Virus record (IMG/VR): IMGVR_UViG_3300050821_006637
Location: 1 to 64,000 of that record
Length of the DNA: 64,000 nt
Direction: 5' to 3' (one strand)
Source: a virus
Positions 18,853 to 27,900 of this stretch are shown here, in pieces; the stretch's first letter is position 1; every line of letters begins with the position of its first letter. A program made the position numbers and the translations under genes. The notes under the pieces were generated by a model, which worked only from the letters and a program-made list of their open reading frames with translations, had not been told where the DNA came from and made no database searches.

Positions 18853-19959
18853 ATGCGAATAGCAGTTATCTCCTCATCCGTCTTTCCTGTTGGTGGGCAT
18901 CAAGGACTTCCGGGATATGGAGGATTGGAATCGATTGCCTGGTGGTGTGCTCGGGGTCTCGCTGCGAAGGGACACGACGTCACCCTCATCGCTCCACAAG
19001 GTTCGACGTGTCCTGGTGTGGAAGTTTTTGAATGTCTTCCTCCTGGTGGCTTTGCAGAGCAGCATCATTATGGAGGATGTGTCTATAATGATGCCAACGG
19101 ACAGCCTATTCAGTGGGCTGGGTACTGGCAGAAACTTTTAGAACTACAGGAGAAGGGTGACTTCGTAATTCTCGACCATAGTTGGAATAAGATGAGTGCC
19201 CTCTTAAAGATGGAGGGACGTCTTTCCAAGACGCCTATCCTTGGCGTCTGTCATGCTCCTGTGTCAACAATGTACTCTTCTCTCCCCCCAGAAGGCATAG
19301 TCTCTTTCGTGTGCATCTCAGATGACCAGAAGGCACACTTTGAGGCACTCCACTCTCCGAGGACTGCTCGTCGTGTCTATAACGGAATAGACTTGGATTT
19401 CTATCGTCCTATAGAGACACCCGGGAGTGATAGATACTTATTTCTGGCGAGATTTAGTTCAATAAAAGGACCGGACATCTGTCTTAAGGTGTGTAATGAA
19501 GCAGATGTTGGATTGGATTTAATAGGGGATTCAACGATTACCCAAGAGCCTCAGTATTACAATTATTGTTGCTCTTTGGCAGATGGTGTAAAGAGGAGAG
19601 TAGTGGGAAGCGTGCCTAGAGGTGAGGCTGTCTGGTGGTACTCCCAAGCTAGGGGGTTCCTCCACCCAATAGGAAATAGATTCCGAGAACCATTTGGTCT
19701 AGCACCAGTAGAAGCCCAAGCGTGTGGTTGCCCAGTCTTGTCTTTTAATTTTGGAGCACTACGGGAGACTGTCAAGCACGGAGAAACAGGCTTCTTAGTT
19801 AAGACGGAAAAGGAGATGTTAGAGGTGATTAAAAGCAGTGCTTTGGATAGTTTGAGCAGACAAAGATGCCGAGAATGGGCATCCCAGTTTTCCATTCAAA
19901 ATATGATTCTCGGATATGAGAATCTGTGCCAAAGAGCCTTAGATGGGGAGGTTTGGTAA
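18853..19959 (+). CDS. GT-B (GT4-like) glycosyltransferase
   Basis: MRIAVIS..YGGLE, GHDVTL, VYNGID, RFSSIKG, EPFGLAPVEAQACGCPV (Ex7E), ETVKHGETGFLV. Confidence 0.92.
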   Translation: MRIAVISSSVFPVGGHQGLPGYGGLESIAWWCARGLAAKGHDVTLIAPQGSTCPGVEVFECLPPGGFAEQHHYGGCVYNDANGQPIQWAGYWQKLLELQEKGDFVILDHSWNKMSALLKMEGRLSKTPILGVCHAPVSTMYSSLPPEGIVSFVCISDDQKAHFEALHSPRTARRVYNGIDLDFYRPIETPGSDRYLFLARFSSIKGPDICLKVCNEADVGLDLIGDSTITQEPQYYNYCCSLADGVKRRVVGSVPRGEAVWWYSQARGFLHPIGNRFREPFGLAPVEAQACGCPVLSFNFGALRETVKHGETGFLVKTEKEMLEVIKSSALDSLSRQRCREWASQFSIQNMILGYENLCQRALDGEVW

Positions 19960-20153
19960 TGACGGAATCTCAACTTGAATACACTACGATGTCCGACACT
20001 CCTTTCACAGAGGAGAAAAAGATACTAAGGATTAGAAATTGTGAAAAGAAGCAATATTTGGAAATAGAGGAACAGGATGTAGAGAATCTTGTTTATAGTC
20101 TCAGGGAAGTATTCCCTGGCAAGTGGTGGGGGACGTGGGATGAAAACTATTGA
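19959..20153 (+). CDS. Hypothetical protein
   Basis: TAATG overlap. Confidence 0.5.
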   Translation: MTESQLEYTTMSDTPFTEEKKILRIRNCEKKQYLEIEEQDVENLVYSLREVFPGKWWGTWDENY

Positions 20154-20373
20154 TGAAATTGCCGATAAGTTAGAAGTCGTCGTCATAGAGTTGGAACGGC
20201 GGTACACCGAAGCTAGAGGAATAGAAGTGACTGAACTCCCACCAGAGAAACTTTCTCCCTATTGCTTCTGTGCTGGAATGCTCTTCGCCTTTGGTTGGTT
20301 GATGGAGGATGAGAAAGTTGACCCTCTTATCCAGGCTATCGGACTTACGGATTTGATGGAGAAGTTCAAATAA
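20140..20373 (+). CDS. Hypothetical protein
   Basis: ATG 20140 in track ORF 20089..20373. Confidence 0.5.
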   Translation: MKTIDEIADKLEVVVIELERRYTEARGIEVTELPPEKLSPYCFCAGMLFAFGWLMEDEKVDPLIQAIGLTDLMEKFK

Positions 20374-20541
20374 TGAAGAAGGTGCGATTGAATAGAATGG
20401 AAATGGAAGCTGTTAAGACGGCACTTCGTTTCTATAGTGAACATCTGCGAAAGCCGATAGAACCCTGTTCTGGGACTGCTATCCAATTAAGGACTTATGT
20501 GGTAGACCCCCTCCTCCGAAAACTTGAGGATTTGTTTAAAG

Positions 20542-20958
20542 ATGACAGATGACGATTTAGTAGACCTTGTCTTCGTCACTACGAACCAAAACTTCCTTCC
20601 TGTCATCCTCCACAGAAAGATGGCGAGTGAGATTATTATGAACTGGTTTGAGGAGAGGGAACGAGTAAGGAGTAAAAGATTCCTTCCTCTCCTCTGGTTC
20701 CGTGCTTTCTGTTCTTGGCTAAGACCTTCTACGGCGATTTATAGTGAACACAATAGAGAGACGAATGAATCTTTCGTCTTCTGGGCAGTTGATACTAAAG
20801 AGGTCATCGGTATGTATGTGAGGGAGAGGGAACCCTCTCCTCATCAACTTTTAGCAGAAAGTCAAAAACGGATTGCCGATGCGATTGAGAATCAAGGAAA
20901 GAAGTTAGATGAAGGTGACGAGTGGAAGAATGGAGGAGGAGAAGAGGATGACAGTTAA
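20542..20958 (+). CDS. Hypothetical protein, weakly similar to 33177..33497
   Basis: LVF...VIL....A..I...WAVD.KEVIGMYV pattern. Confidence 0.55.
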   Translation: MTDDDLVDLVFVTTNQNFLPVILHRKMASEIIMNWFEERERVRSKRFLPLLWFRAFCSWLRPSTAIYSEHNRETNESFVFWAVDTKEVIGMYVREREPSPHQLLAESQKRIADAIENQGKKLDEGDEWKNGGGEEDDS

Positions 20959-21160
20959 AGACTTAATCGTGCAGTTGCAGTATCTAGACCCAGATGCTCT
21001 GGTCGTCATTCGGGAATCCGTTGGTGGGGAGTGGTGGTATTGGAATGCAGCAAGAGCCACTATAGGAATGGATGTCCGTGTCCGTTCTGTGAATAGACCC
21101 GACAATGCACAGGGTCCGTTTCGTGTTGTTTATCTAACTTTGGACAAGAAGGAGAATTGA
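20948..21160 (+). CDS. Hypothetical protein (MTVKDLIVQLQYLDPDALVV)
   Basis: N-terminus of a type common in small phage proteins. Confidence 0.6.
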   Translation: MTVKDLIVQLQYLDPDALVVIRESVGGEWWYWNAARATIGMDVRVRSVNRPDNAQGPFRVVYLTLDKKEN

Positions 21161-21162
21161 AG

Positions 21163-21465
21163 ATGGCTAGAACGAATCTTAAGTACACGAAAAGATACAC
21201 GATGAGGAATGACCTCGTTCTTCTGCGAAGGACGATAGAAAAGGTCGGCGGTCTGGTTATGCCAGATTTGGCGAGTGAAGGAAAAATCTATACCGTCATC
21301 GGTATGGGTCCAAAAGTCGAGAATCTAGAAATTGGAGACGTCATCCTCCTTTTCGCAGAAAAGGGTGACCCATTCTTCAATATCCCAGAAGAAGAGGATT
21401 TGCTATCCGTCCGAGAAAAGAACATCGGTTGCGTGGTAACGAAGCACCTGGCAGAAGAGGAATAG
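21163..21465 (+). CDS. groES: GroES-like co-chaperonin
   Basis: NDLVLLRR, GGLVMPD mobile loop, TVIGMGP, LEIGDVIL, VREKNIGCVV. Confidence 0.8.
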   Translation: MARTNLKYTKRYTMRNDLVLLRRTIEKVGGLVMPDLASEGKIYTVIGMGPKVENLEIGDVILLFAEKGDPFFNIPEEEDLLSVREKNIGCVVTKHLAEEE

Positions 21466-21470
21466 AAGTA

Positions 21471-21683
21471 ATGGCTGCGGACACTGGATTTATTTACTTT
21501 TATACAGATAGTAGGAGTGGTTCTAACTCTTTTCAAGAGATTTGGAAGACGGATGAGGAAGCCAAGGTATGGGCGAAAGGATTGCGGGAGACCTGTTCCC
21601 CTGCACCAGAAAGTTATTTATTGACTACGCCAGCAGAGGACTTCCAAATCAGAGTAGTAGATGGGGTTAGAAAGGCTTCCTAA
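21471..21683 (+). CDS. Hypothetical protein
   Basis: ATG 21471 within the track ORF. Confidence 0.5.
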   Translation: MAADTGFIYFYTDSRSGSNSFQEIWKTDEEAKVWAKGLRETCSPAPESYLLTTPAEDFQIRVVDGVRKAS

Positions 21684-21725
21684 ATGTCTTCCTTGCATGT
21701 TGAGAGTGGAATTGGAGAAGTGGGT

Positions 21726-21978
21726 ATGAGAATTTTATTCTCTTCTGTTCTCTTCTGTTCTCTTCGTTTGTCTGGGGTGTGCTTCCAATGTTAAGAAAGA
21801 CATCCCTGTGGTTGAGGTTGATATAATGAACAAGGAAGCGGAGAAATCACAGCAAAGAGGTTTGATGAAACGAGTCAAGGATTTAGAGGAAGAAGACTCA
21901 GATAAGAATGTATTGATACAGCAATTGCAGCAGGCTGTTGGTGATTTGCAGGTTCGGGTTGGAAATTTGGAGAAGTAG
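21726..21978 (+). pseudogene. Coiled-coil lipoprotein gene frameshifted by a 10-bp tandem duplication
   Basis: Removing one TCTTCTGTTC unit (21741-21760) gives MRILFSSVLFVCLG|CASNVKK...VGNLEK* ending at 21978, flush with the next ATG. Confidence 0.7.
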
Positions 21979-23091
21979 ATGAGCCTCCTCTTTCTTACCG
22001 CAGATGAACTCGGTTCCTGGACAGGAGGTTCGACAGTCGCTAGCCAGGAATGCTTGGCGCTTAAGGAGTTCGCTGACCAGTCTGTCCGCCAGAGGAGAGA
22101 CGCCACGCTATCCTCTGTCAAAGTGTTGAGCAGAAGGGAATTGGGTTCCACTTTAGAGGAGCCATGGAAGTGGGATGAGGTAGCATTGAAGAGGTTAGAT
22201 GAGACGGCTACCATCCCACGTCTCTGTCACGTCTATTCTGGCACGTTTTCTAAAACCATCAAATGGTTGAAGGAACAGGGGACGAAGGTCACTTGGACGA
22301 TTGCTGCCCATGACGTCGCCATCTCCAAGCGAGAACACGAAAAGTTAGGATTGCCGTTTCCTTATCTCCATCTCACAGAAAAGGCTTTGTGGAAAAGATA
22401 TATCTCGGGCTACGCGATGGCAGATGTGATTATCTGCCCTGGTTTGGAACCAGCAGGGGTCGTAAGGAGATATGGGGAGGAATTCTTACAGAAAAGAATA
22501 GAAATCATCCCTCACGGATGTCATCTACCAGAGGAGATAAAGCCTCTCCCAAAGACTTTTGTTGTAGGGTACTGCGGTGCCATTTGCGGCGGCGACAAGG
22601 GGGTTAGATACTTACTTGAGGCGTGGAAGCGGCTTAACTACACCGACGGCTCTCTGTTAGTCATAGCGGGCAAAGATAGCGTTTCTCCGTGGACTCGTCA
22701 TCTGTTGAATACCTATGGAGGGGGTTCGGTTCACTTGGCAGGATGGCAGAAAGACATGAGTGATTTTTATAATTCTATTTCTTTATTCGTCTGTCCCGCA
22801 GCGACGGAAGGCTTTAATTTAGAAGTAGTTGAGAGTCTTGCTCATGGTCGTTCTGTTCTCTGTTCGAAGAATGCTGGAGCAGCGGATTTGACGCCAGAAG
22901 GTTGGCGGGTTCCTGCGTGTGATGTGGATGCTTTGGTGGATAGGATAAGGATGGCTAGAAACGCAGTAGAAAGTTCTTATAGTTTTGATTGGCAGGGAAG
23001 TTGGAAAGAAAGAGCAGTAGATTACACTTGGGAGAAAGTCCGCGGAATGTACAAATCCCTTTGGACGGAGGTCTTATATGGAAAAGAGTAA
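21979..23091 (+). CDS. GT-B (GT4-like) glycosyltransferase
   Basis: ADVIICP, IEIIPHG, DKGVRYLLEAW, EGFNLEVVESLAHG (Ex7E), YTWE. Confidence 0.9.
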   Translation: MSLLFLTADELGSWTGGSTVASQECLALKEFADQSVRQRRDATLSSVKVLSRRELGSTLEEPWKWDEVALKRLDETATIPRLCHVYSGTFSKTIKWLKEQGTKVTWTIAAHDVAISKREHEKLGLPFPYLHLTEKALWKRYISGYAMADVIICPGLEPAGVVRRYGEEFLQKRIEIIPHGCHLPEEIKPLPKTFVVGYCGAICGGDKGVRYLLEAWKRLNYTDGSLLVIAGKDSVSPWTRHLLNTYGGGSVHLAGWQKDMSDFYNSISLFVCPAATEGFNLEVVESLAHGRSVLCSKNAGAADLTPEGWRVPACDVDALVDRIRMARNAVESSYSFDWQGSWKERAVDYTWEKVRGMYKSLWTEVLYGKE

Positions 23092-23614
23092 GATGAAACC
23101 TGGACTTTACTGGATTAAAGACGGCAAAGAATGGGACGTCTGTCGCATCTGTGTAGGTGCCAGAGGAGTATATGTCCAGTGGATTGGGGATGAGGTAGAA
23201 AGCACGCTGGAGAATGTTTTGCGAAAGGGTATGGAGTTCGGTCCACCTCTCCATCCTTTTGACAAGGAGCCATATCCACCAATGATGATTAATCCTTCTG
23301 TAGAGTTGAATATGAAGGAAGTGACGGGGAGAGACCCACTGCCAGAAAGTGAGATTGATAGAATCAGGAAAGAATTTGAGGATGCTTTCACAGGTCCAGA
23401 AGCCAGAGGCCGCCTCTATGTCGCTGCTCCAGGGTCCAAGGTTCATTATAGTTCCCCACCCAAAGAATCTTTTATGGAAGAGGTGGAGGAGAAGGGAAAA
23501 TTAATAGCAGATTGGTCTCCCGACTCGATGCTCTACGAATATGAAGGAAAGAAGTACGAAATCTACTATGCTCGTAAGGCGGTAGATTACTTAGAACACA
23601 AAGGAGGAGAATGA
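23078..23614 (+). CDS. Hypothetical protein
   Basis: GGAGG RBS; KPGLYW motif. Confidence 0.6.
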   Translation: MEKSKMKPGLYWIKDGKEWDVCRICVGARGVYVQWIGDEVESTLENVLRKGMEFGPPLHPFDKEPYPPMMINPSVELNMKEVTGRDPLPESEIDRIRKEFEDAFTGPEARGRLYVAAPGSKVHYSSPPKESFMEEVEEKGKLIADWSPDSMLYEYEGKKYEIYYARKAVDYLEHKGGE

Positions 23615-23817
23615 TGTTGACAACGTCCTGTCGTAAGAATCCGAAGACGGGCAGAATTGAGATGACGATTCTTTTGGACTTGCCAGAGGATGCTGTAGAT
23701 TGGGATAGAGGCAAGATTATGGGTTTCTGGGTTAAGGAAGGACAGACCACAGGGGTCTTGCAGATTTGCGAACATCTCTCCTCCCTTCGTACTCTTCATG
23801 GAAAGGAGAAGAAGTGA
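23611..23817 (+). CDS. Hypothetical protein
   Basis: GGAGGA RBS, ATGA overlap. Confidence 0.55.
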   Translation: MMLTTSCRKNPKTGRIEMTILLDLPEDAVDWDRGKIMGFWVKEGQTTGVLQICEHLSSLRTLHGKEKK

Positions 23818-23990
23818 ACTGGGAAGATAGTCAAGTGGAATGTGCCTGGTGTGGCTGTGAGCACATCTCTCAGGAAGTACAGATAGAGGAGAAACCCACT
23901 GCTCTCTGTTACGATTGTGCGGAGCGACACAGGAAAGAGCAGAAGGGACTGGCGGAGATTAGTTTCACATATAAGCGAAGGTGTTTTTAG
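23814..23990 (+). CDS. Small zinc-finger protein
   Basis: GTG start after AAGGAG; CAWC...CYDC. Confidence 0.55.
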   Translation: MNWEDSQVECAWCGCEHISQEVQIEEKPTALCYDCAERHRKEQKGLAEISFTYKRRCF

Positions 23991-23991
23991 A

Positions 23992-24348
23992 ATGGCGACT
24001 GAGAAGGTAATAGAAGCCATACCGAAGTCCCTCGTCGCTGGTCCTTATACCTATCAAATAAGTTTTGATGGAGAGGCTTCCTATGATTATTCTTACTATG
24101 GTGTCTGTCTCTATATGAGCAAAAGGCTCAAATTAGACCCAAGACAAGCGGATACAGAACTTCCACAGACTCTGTTGCACGAGGCTCTTCACGCATTGGG
24201 TCATGCTTATCAAATAGAAGAGTGGGATAGGCATAAGACGAATGACCAAGGGAAAGTAACAGATAAGATAGATTTGATGGCATCGGCTCTTCTTACGTTT
24301 ATCCGTCAAAATCCAAAAGTCATTCAATGGCTACAAGAACAACGTTGA
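23992..24348 (+). CDS. HExxH zinc-metallopeptidase-like protein
   Basis: YGVCLY...LKLD...QTLLHEALHAL. Confidence 0.7.
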   Translation: MATEKVIEAIPKSLVAGPYTYQISFDGEASYDYSYYGVCLYMSKRLKLDPRQADTELPQTLLHEALHALGHAYQIEEWDRHKTNDQGKVTDKIDLMASALLTFIRQNPKVIQWLQEQR

Positions 24349-24367
24349 AAAGAGCAAAAATAGAGAA

Positions 24368-24586
24368 ATGAAAGTTTTCATCGTCGTCCTCCATGAGGAT
24401 TATGAAGTGGAATGTGGAAGAGCAGACGCCACCGAATCCACCATCATGGGTGTCTTCGCTTCTAGGGAAGAGGCGGAGGTGCTCGTTGCGAGTAAGCCGA
24501 GAGTGATAGTGGATGGAATTGAACTGAACTATGCGAGTTCAGATTATAATAGGAAGTATCTTATAGAAGAATGGGAGATAAGATGA
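24368..24586 (+). CDS. Hypothetical protein (MKVFIV...IMGVFASREEAE...IEEWEI)
   Basis: Pattern typical of small phage proteins. Confidence 0.65.
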   Translation: MKVFIVVLHEDYEVECGRADATESTIMGVFASREEAEVLVASKPRVIVDGIELNYASSDYNRKYLIEEWEIR

Positions 24587-24969
24587 CAGAACAAGAAGCA
24601 CGGAGAATTGCTGGACAAGCGTGGTGTGCGGACAGCACGAAAGATAAAGTGATGGATATAGAACTGGCGATGGAATTCGCTAGGATATTGAAAAGAGAAG
24701 TAAATCAAAAGGAAGACCTTGCCAGTGGATGGGTAGACGAAGCAAAAGCATGGCTGGAGGCTGCTAGACAGCACTGCAAGAACGAAGAGTATTATCGTAA
24801 TCTTGTCCAGCAGATAGGCTCCTTGTTCGGTGATGTAGCTTATATCTCGGATGATGGAAGTAAGCAGGACGGCATACTCTGTGCCAAGGTGCCAGAGTTA
24901 GTGAAGGAGGCACTTGAGAGGATGAATCCCAATCTTTCTTCATCCTTGCCTAGAGGTGGATATTTCTAA
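24583..24969 (+). CDS. Hypothetical protein
   Basis: ATGA overlap, GGAG RBS. Confidence 0.6.
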   Translation: MTEQEARRIAGQAWCADSTKDKVMDIELAMEFARILKREVNQKEDLASGWVDEAKAWLEAARQHCKNEEYYRNLVQQIGSLFGDVAYISDDGSKQDGILCAKVPELVKEALERMNPNLSSSLPRGGYF

Positions 24970-25189
24970 GATGACTCCAGACCAATTGGCACGGCAAACC
25001 GATTTATTCCGCCTTCGTAGCGAAGTGGATGGACTTGGCGAGGAGTTGAAGTGGGCTATCAAAAAGGAACGTGCTTTGACAAAGGAGATGTTGAACAAGG
25101 GAGAATTGTGCAAGTTGTGTGAAGGACACGGAGGTTCACTACTCTATCCCTGTCCAACCTGTCACAATAGTGGAGGATTGTTAGAATGA
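24956..25189 (+). CDS. Hypothetical protein with DnaJ-like CxxCxGxG motif
   Basis: CKLCEGHG...CPTCHNSG. Confidence 0.55.
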   Translation: MDISKMTPDQLARQTDLFRLRSEVDGLGEELKWAIKKERALTKEMLNKGELCKLCEGHGGSLLYPCPTCHNSGGLLE

Positions 25190-25389
25190 CTTCCATTCCC
25201 TCGCCTCTATTTTGGATGTGGCAAATCCCAGACTTCCTGCGTGAAATAGATAGAGTGAAAGAAGCACTCCAAACAGATGAAATCAAAGATTTCCGTCTCT
25301 GGCTGGCAGAAAGATGGGGAGTGAATTTAAATAGAGAAGAGATGAAGGACGGAATAAGAATAAAATCATGCACGAAGCGCATCAGTTAA
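25186..25389 (+). CDS. Hypothetical protein
   Basis: ATGA overlap. Confidence 0.45.
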   Translation: MTSIPSPLFWMWQIPDFLREIDRVKEALQTDEIKDFRLWLAERWGVNLNREEMKDGIRIKSCTKRIS

Positions 25390-26108
25390 CTTTTCCAAGA
25401 ACCAGTAATCCCTTGGTTTCTGTCCTCCTTCCCACTAGAGGACGAAGTGAATGGTTATTGAAGTCCGTAGATAGTTTGCATAGTCAAGCCGTCCACAAGG
25501 ATAAGATAGAATATCTCTTTCGTGCCGACCCAGATGACTTGGAAACGATTTCTACTTGTTCTAGGTTAGTCAATACTCTCCCCAATGCGGTTCTTAATGT
25601 AGAGCCACGGGGAAGAGGTTATTTGGATATGCACTTTTGGATTTCCAAACTCGCTAGCATGGCTCGCGGAGATTGGCTACTAATTTGGAATGATGATGCG
25701 ATGATGAAGACACCCCATTGGGATGACCTGTTGCTCAATGGCTCTGTTCAATGTTGGCACAAGTGCCCAGATGTTTATATGTATGTCTTACCGAGTAGAG
25801 GGCGTCCTGGTTGTTATGAGTTCATGTTTCTTCGTCGTTCGGTGACACAGATACTCGGGCACTGGTCTCTTTCTCCACATAATGACAATTGGATAATGCG
25901 GGTGATGTTAGGAGTGAATTCTGTCTGTGGTATACCGATAGAAGTAGACCATTTAAGTGATAGGATGACAGATAAGATTAGGGAGGAGACTGTCGCTGCC
26001 TATGGAGATGGACAATTGGCGAGGGAAACTTTGGAATCTCCGTGGGCGCAGAAGGCTATAGAAGAAGATATTAGGAAGTTAGCAGAGCACATTCAAAAAA
26101 ATGTCTAA
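25368..26108 (+). CDS. GT2-family glycosyltransferase
   Basis: VSVLLPTRGR, EYLFRADPDD, ARGDWLLIWNDDA, HNDNWI. Confidence 0.88.
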   Translation: MHEAHQLTFPRTSNPLVSVLLPTRGRSEWLLKSVDSLHSQAVHKDKIEYLFRADPDDLETISTCSRLVNTLPNAVLNVEPRGRGYLDMHFWISKLASMARGDWLLIWNDDAMMKTPHWDDLLLNGSVQCWHKCPDVYMYVLPSRGRPGCYEFMFLRRSVTQILGHWSLSPHNDNWIMRVMLGVNSVCGIPIEVDHLSDRMTDKIREETVAAYGDGQLARETLESPWAQKAIEEDIRKLAEHIQKNV

Positions 26109-27900
26109 GCTCAAATTAGCTCTGGCACAATTTGGAAACTCCTACGGAGGACAGCAGGCGTTGCCCTTGAGCGTAGGGTGTCTGTGGTCTTACGCCAAGA
26201 AGGAAGGTTTGAGCACGGAATATGAAAATCCTGTCTTCCTATACAAAAAGGAAGCAGTTTCCAAGGTAGTGGCTAGAATACCTGAGGATGTAGATATAGT
26301 AGCCTTTTCGGCTTATATTTGGAACTGGAGGTTTTCAAGGGCTGTAGCGGAGGCGATTCTTGAAAAGTCACCCAAAGCGGCTATCGTCTATGGCGGCGTT
26401 CATGTACCAGACTCACCGACAGAGGAGTGGTGGCAACAACATATAGAATGTGACTATGTGCTGCGAGGAGAGGGGGAACTCTCCTTTGCTTCTTTTCTAC
26501 AACAATTCGCAGCAAAGGATTCACAGAGAGACTGGAGCAAGGTGCCAGGGCTGTCCATACGGGGATTAAATACAGAGAGGAAACAACCACCAGTAAATGA
26601 TTTAACTAGTCCCTATTTGGACGGAACGTTTGACAGTCTTCTTCCCTTGGAAGAGAAATGGACAGGCTTGCAAGAATCCGATCGTGGATGTCCCTACTTT
26701 TGTTCTTTCTGTATGTGGGGCGATTCTGCTCTCAACAAAATACGCCAGTTTCCTATGAATAGAGTAACGGAAGAGATAACTTGGTTCGGCAAGAATCGTG
26801 TGGAATTTGTTGAGGGAGCGAATGCTAACTTTGGAATCTTACCCAGGGATGTACAGATAGCCGAGCACCTGGCTAAGACGAAAGAGAAGTACGGATTCCC
26901 ACAGAAATACAGAGCCGCCTTCGCCAAGTATTCCAATAAGAGAATAATGGACCAAGTCTTTTCTGTCGCCTCTATTCTCAATAAGAGCGGACAACTCAAA
27001 GCCGTCACCCTCGCTCTGCAAAGTACAGATGATGGAGTATTGGAATCTATTGATAGAAAAAACATCTCAATGTCTGGTTTCCAAGAGTTGCAGGAAAGAT
27101 ATAAGAAAGATGGAATCCCCACTTATATAGAATTAATCATGGGTCTGCCTGGGGAAACTTACTCCTCCTTCAAGGCAGGTATAGATAAAATCCTCAATGC
27201 AGGAGGACATGAAGGACTCTCTATCTACCAGTGTGTGATTCTTCCTAATTCTGAGATGGACAACCCAGAATATATTAAGAAGCACGGGCTCCAATCTGTC
27301 CCTATGCGGGCGATGCTCCTCCACGGAACTCCAAATAAAGAGTGTCCAGATGAGGTGCAGGAGACTGTCATCGCCACGAATTCTATGCCACACGAGGATT
27401 GGAAGAAGACGTGGTTTCTGTCCTGGGCTTTACAGACCTTTCACTCTACTCACTTAACCCAGTGGTGGGCAAAGGAGCAGAGTGCCCTTGGCACGCCCTA
27501 TTCGTGCTTCTACGAGCGTTTGATAAGGACAGCCGAGCAGTGGCCCGAGTCGGTGCTCGGGCGTGTCTATGCCCATACCAGTGCGTTGCTTGAGGCGGCG
27601 ATTCAAGGAGGTAGTTGGGACAACGTCCTTCCTGGATTTGGGGACATAAGTTGGCCTCCGGACGAGGGAGCCTTCCTTATGATTGCCAAAGAACTCCATC
27701 TATTCTACAGCCAGATGAAACTTCTAAAAGATATGCCTGTCCAGCAGTGGGAATATGGACCTCCCGAGATTCCCCAAGGGAAGGAAGAGGCATATGGAAA
27801 GGTATTCTGGTACTCACGTAAAGGTGACTTGATTGGAAGTTTGAGAAAGTTCATTGAGGAATGTAAAGAGGAAAGTAAGAGGAGACTCTGTGATGACTAA
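26101..27900 (+). CDS. Cobalamin-binding radical SAM enzyme
   Basis: N-terminal B12-binding-type segment (AFSAYIWN, VYGGVH, LRGEGE); RGCPYFCSFC (CxxxCxxC); ELIMGLPGET. Confidence 0.92.
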   Translation: MSKLKLALAQFGNSYGGQQALPLSVGCLWSYAKKEGLSTEYENPVFLYKKEAVSKVVARIPEDVDIVAFSAYIWNWRFSRAVAEAILEKSPKAAIVYGGVHVPDSPTEEWWQQHIECDYVLRGEGELSFASFLQQFAAKDSQRDWSKVPGLSIRGLNTERKQPPVNDLTSPYLDGTFDSLLPLEEKWTGLQESDRGCPYFCSFCMWGDSALNKIRQFPMNRVTEEITWFGKNRVEFVEGANANFGILPRDVQIAEHLAKTKEKYGFPQKYRAAFAKYSNKRIMDQVFSVASILNKSGQLKAVTLALQSTDDGVLESIDRKNISMSGFQELQERYKKDGIPTYIELIMGLPGETYSSFKAGIDKILNAGGHEGLSIYQCVILPNSEMDNPEYIKKHGLQSVPMRAMLLHGTPNKECPDEVQETVIATNSMPHEDWKKTWFLSWALQTFHSTHLTQWWAKEQSALGTPYSCFYERLIRTAEQWPESVLGRVYAHTSALLEAAIQGGSWDNVLPGFGDISWPPDEGAFLMIAKELHLFYSQMKLLKDMPVQQWEYGPPEIPQGKEEAYGKVFWYSRKGDLIGSLRKFIEECKEESKRRLCDD

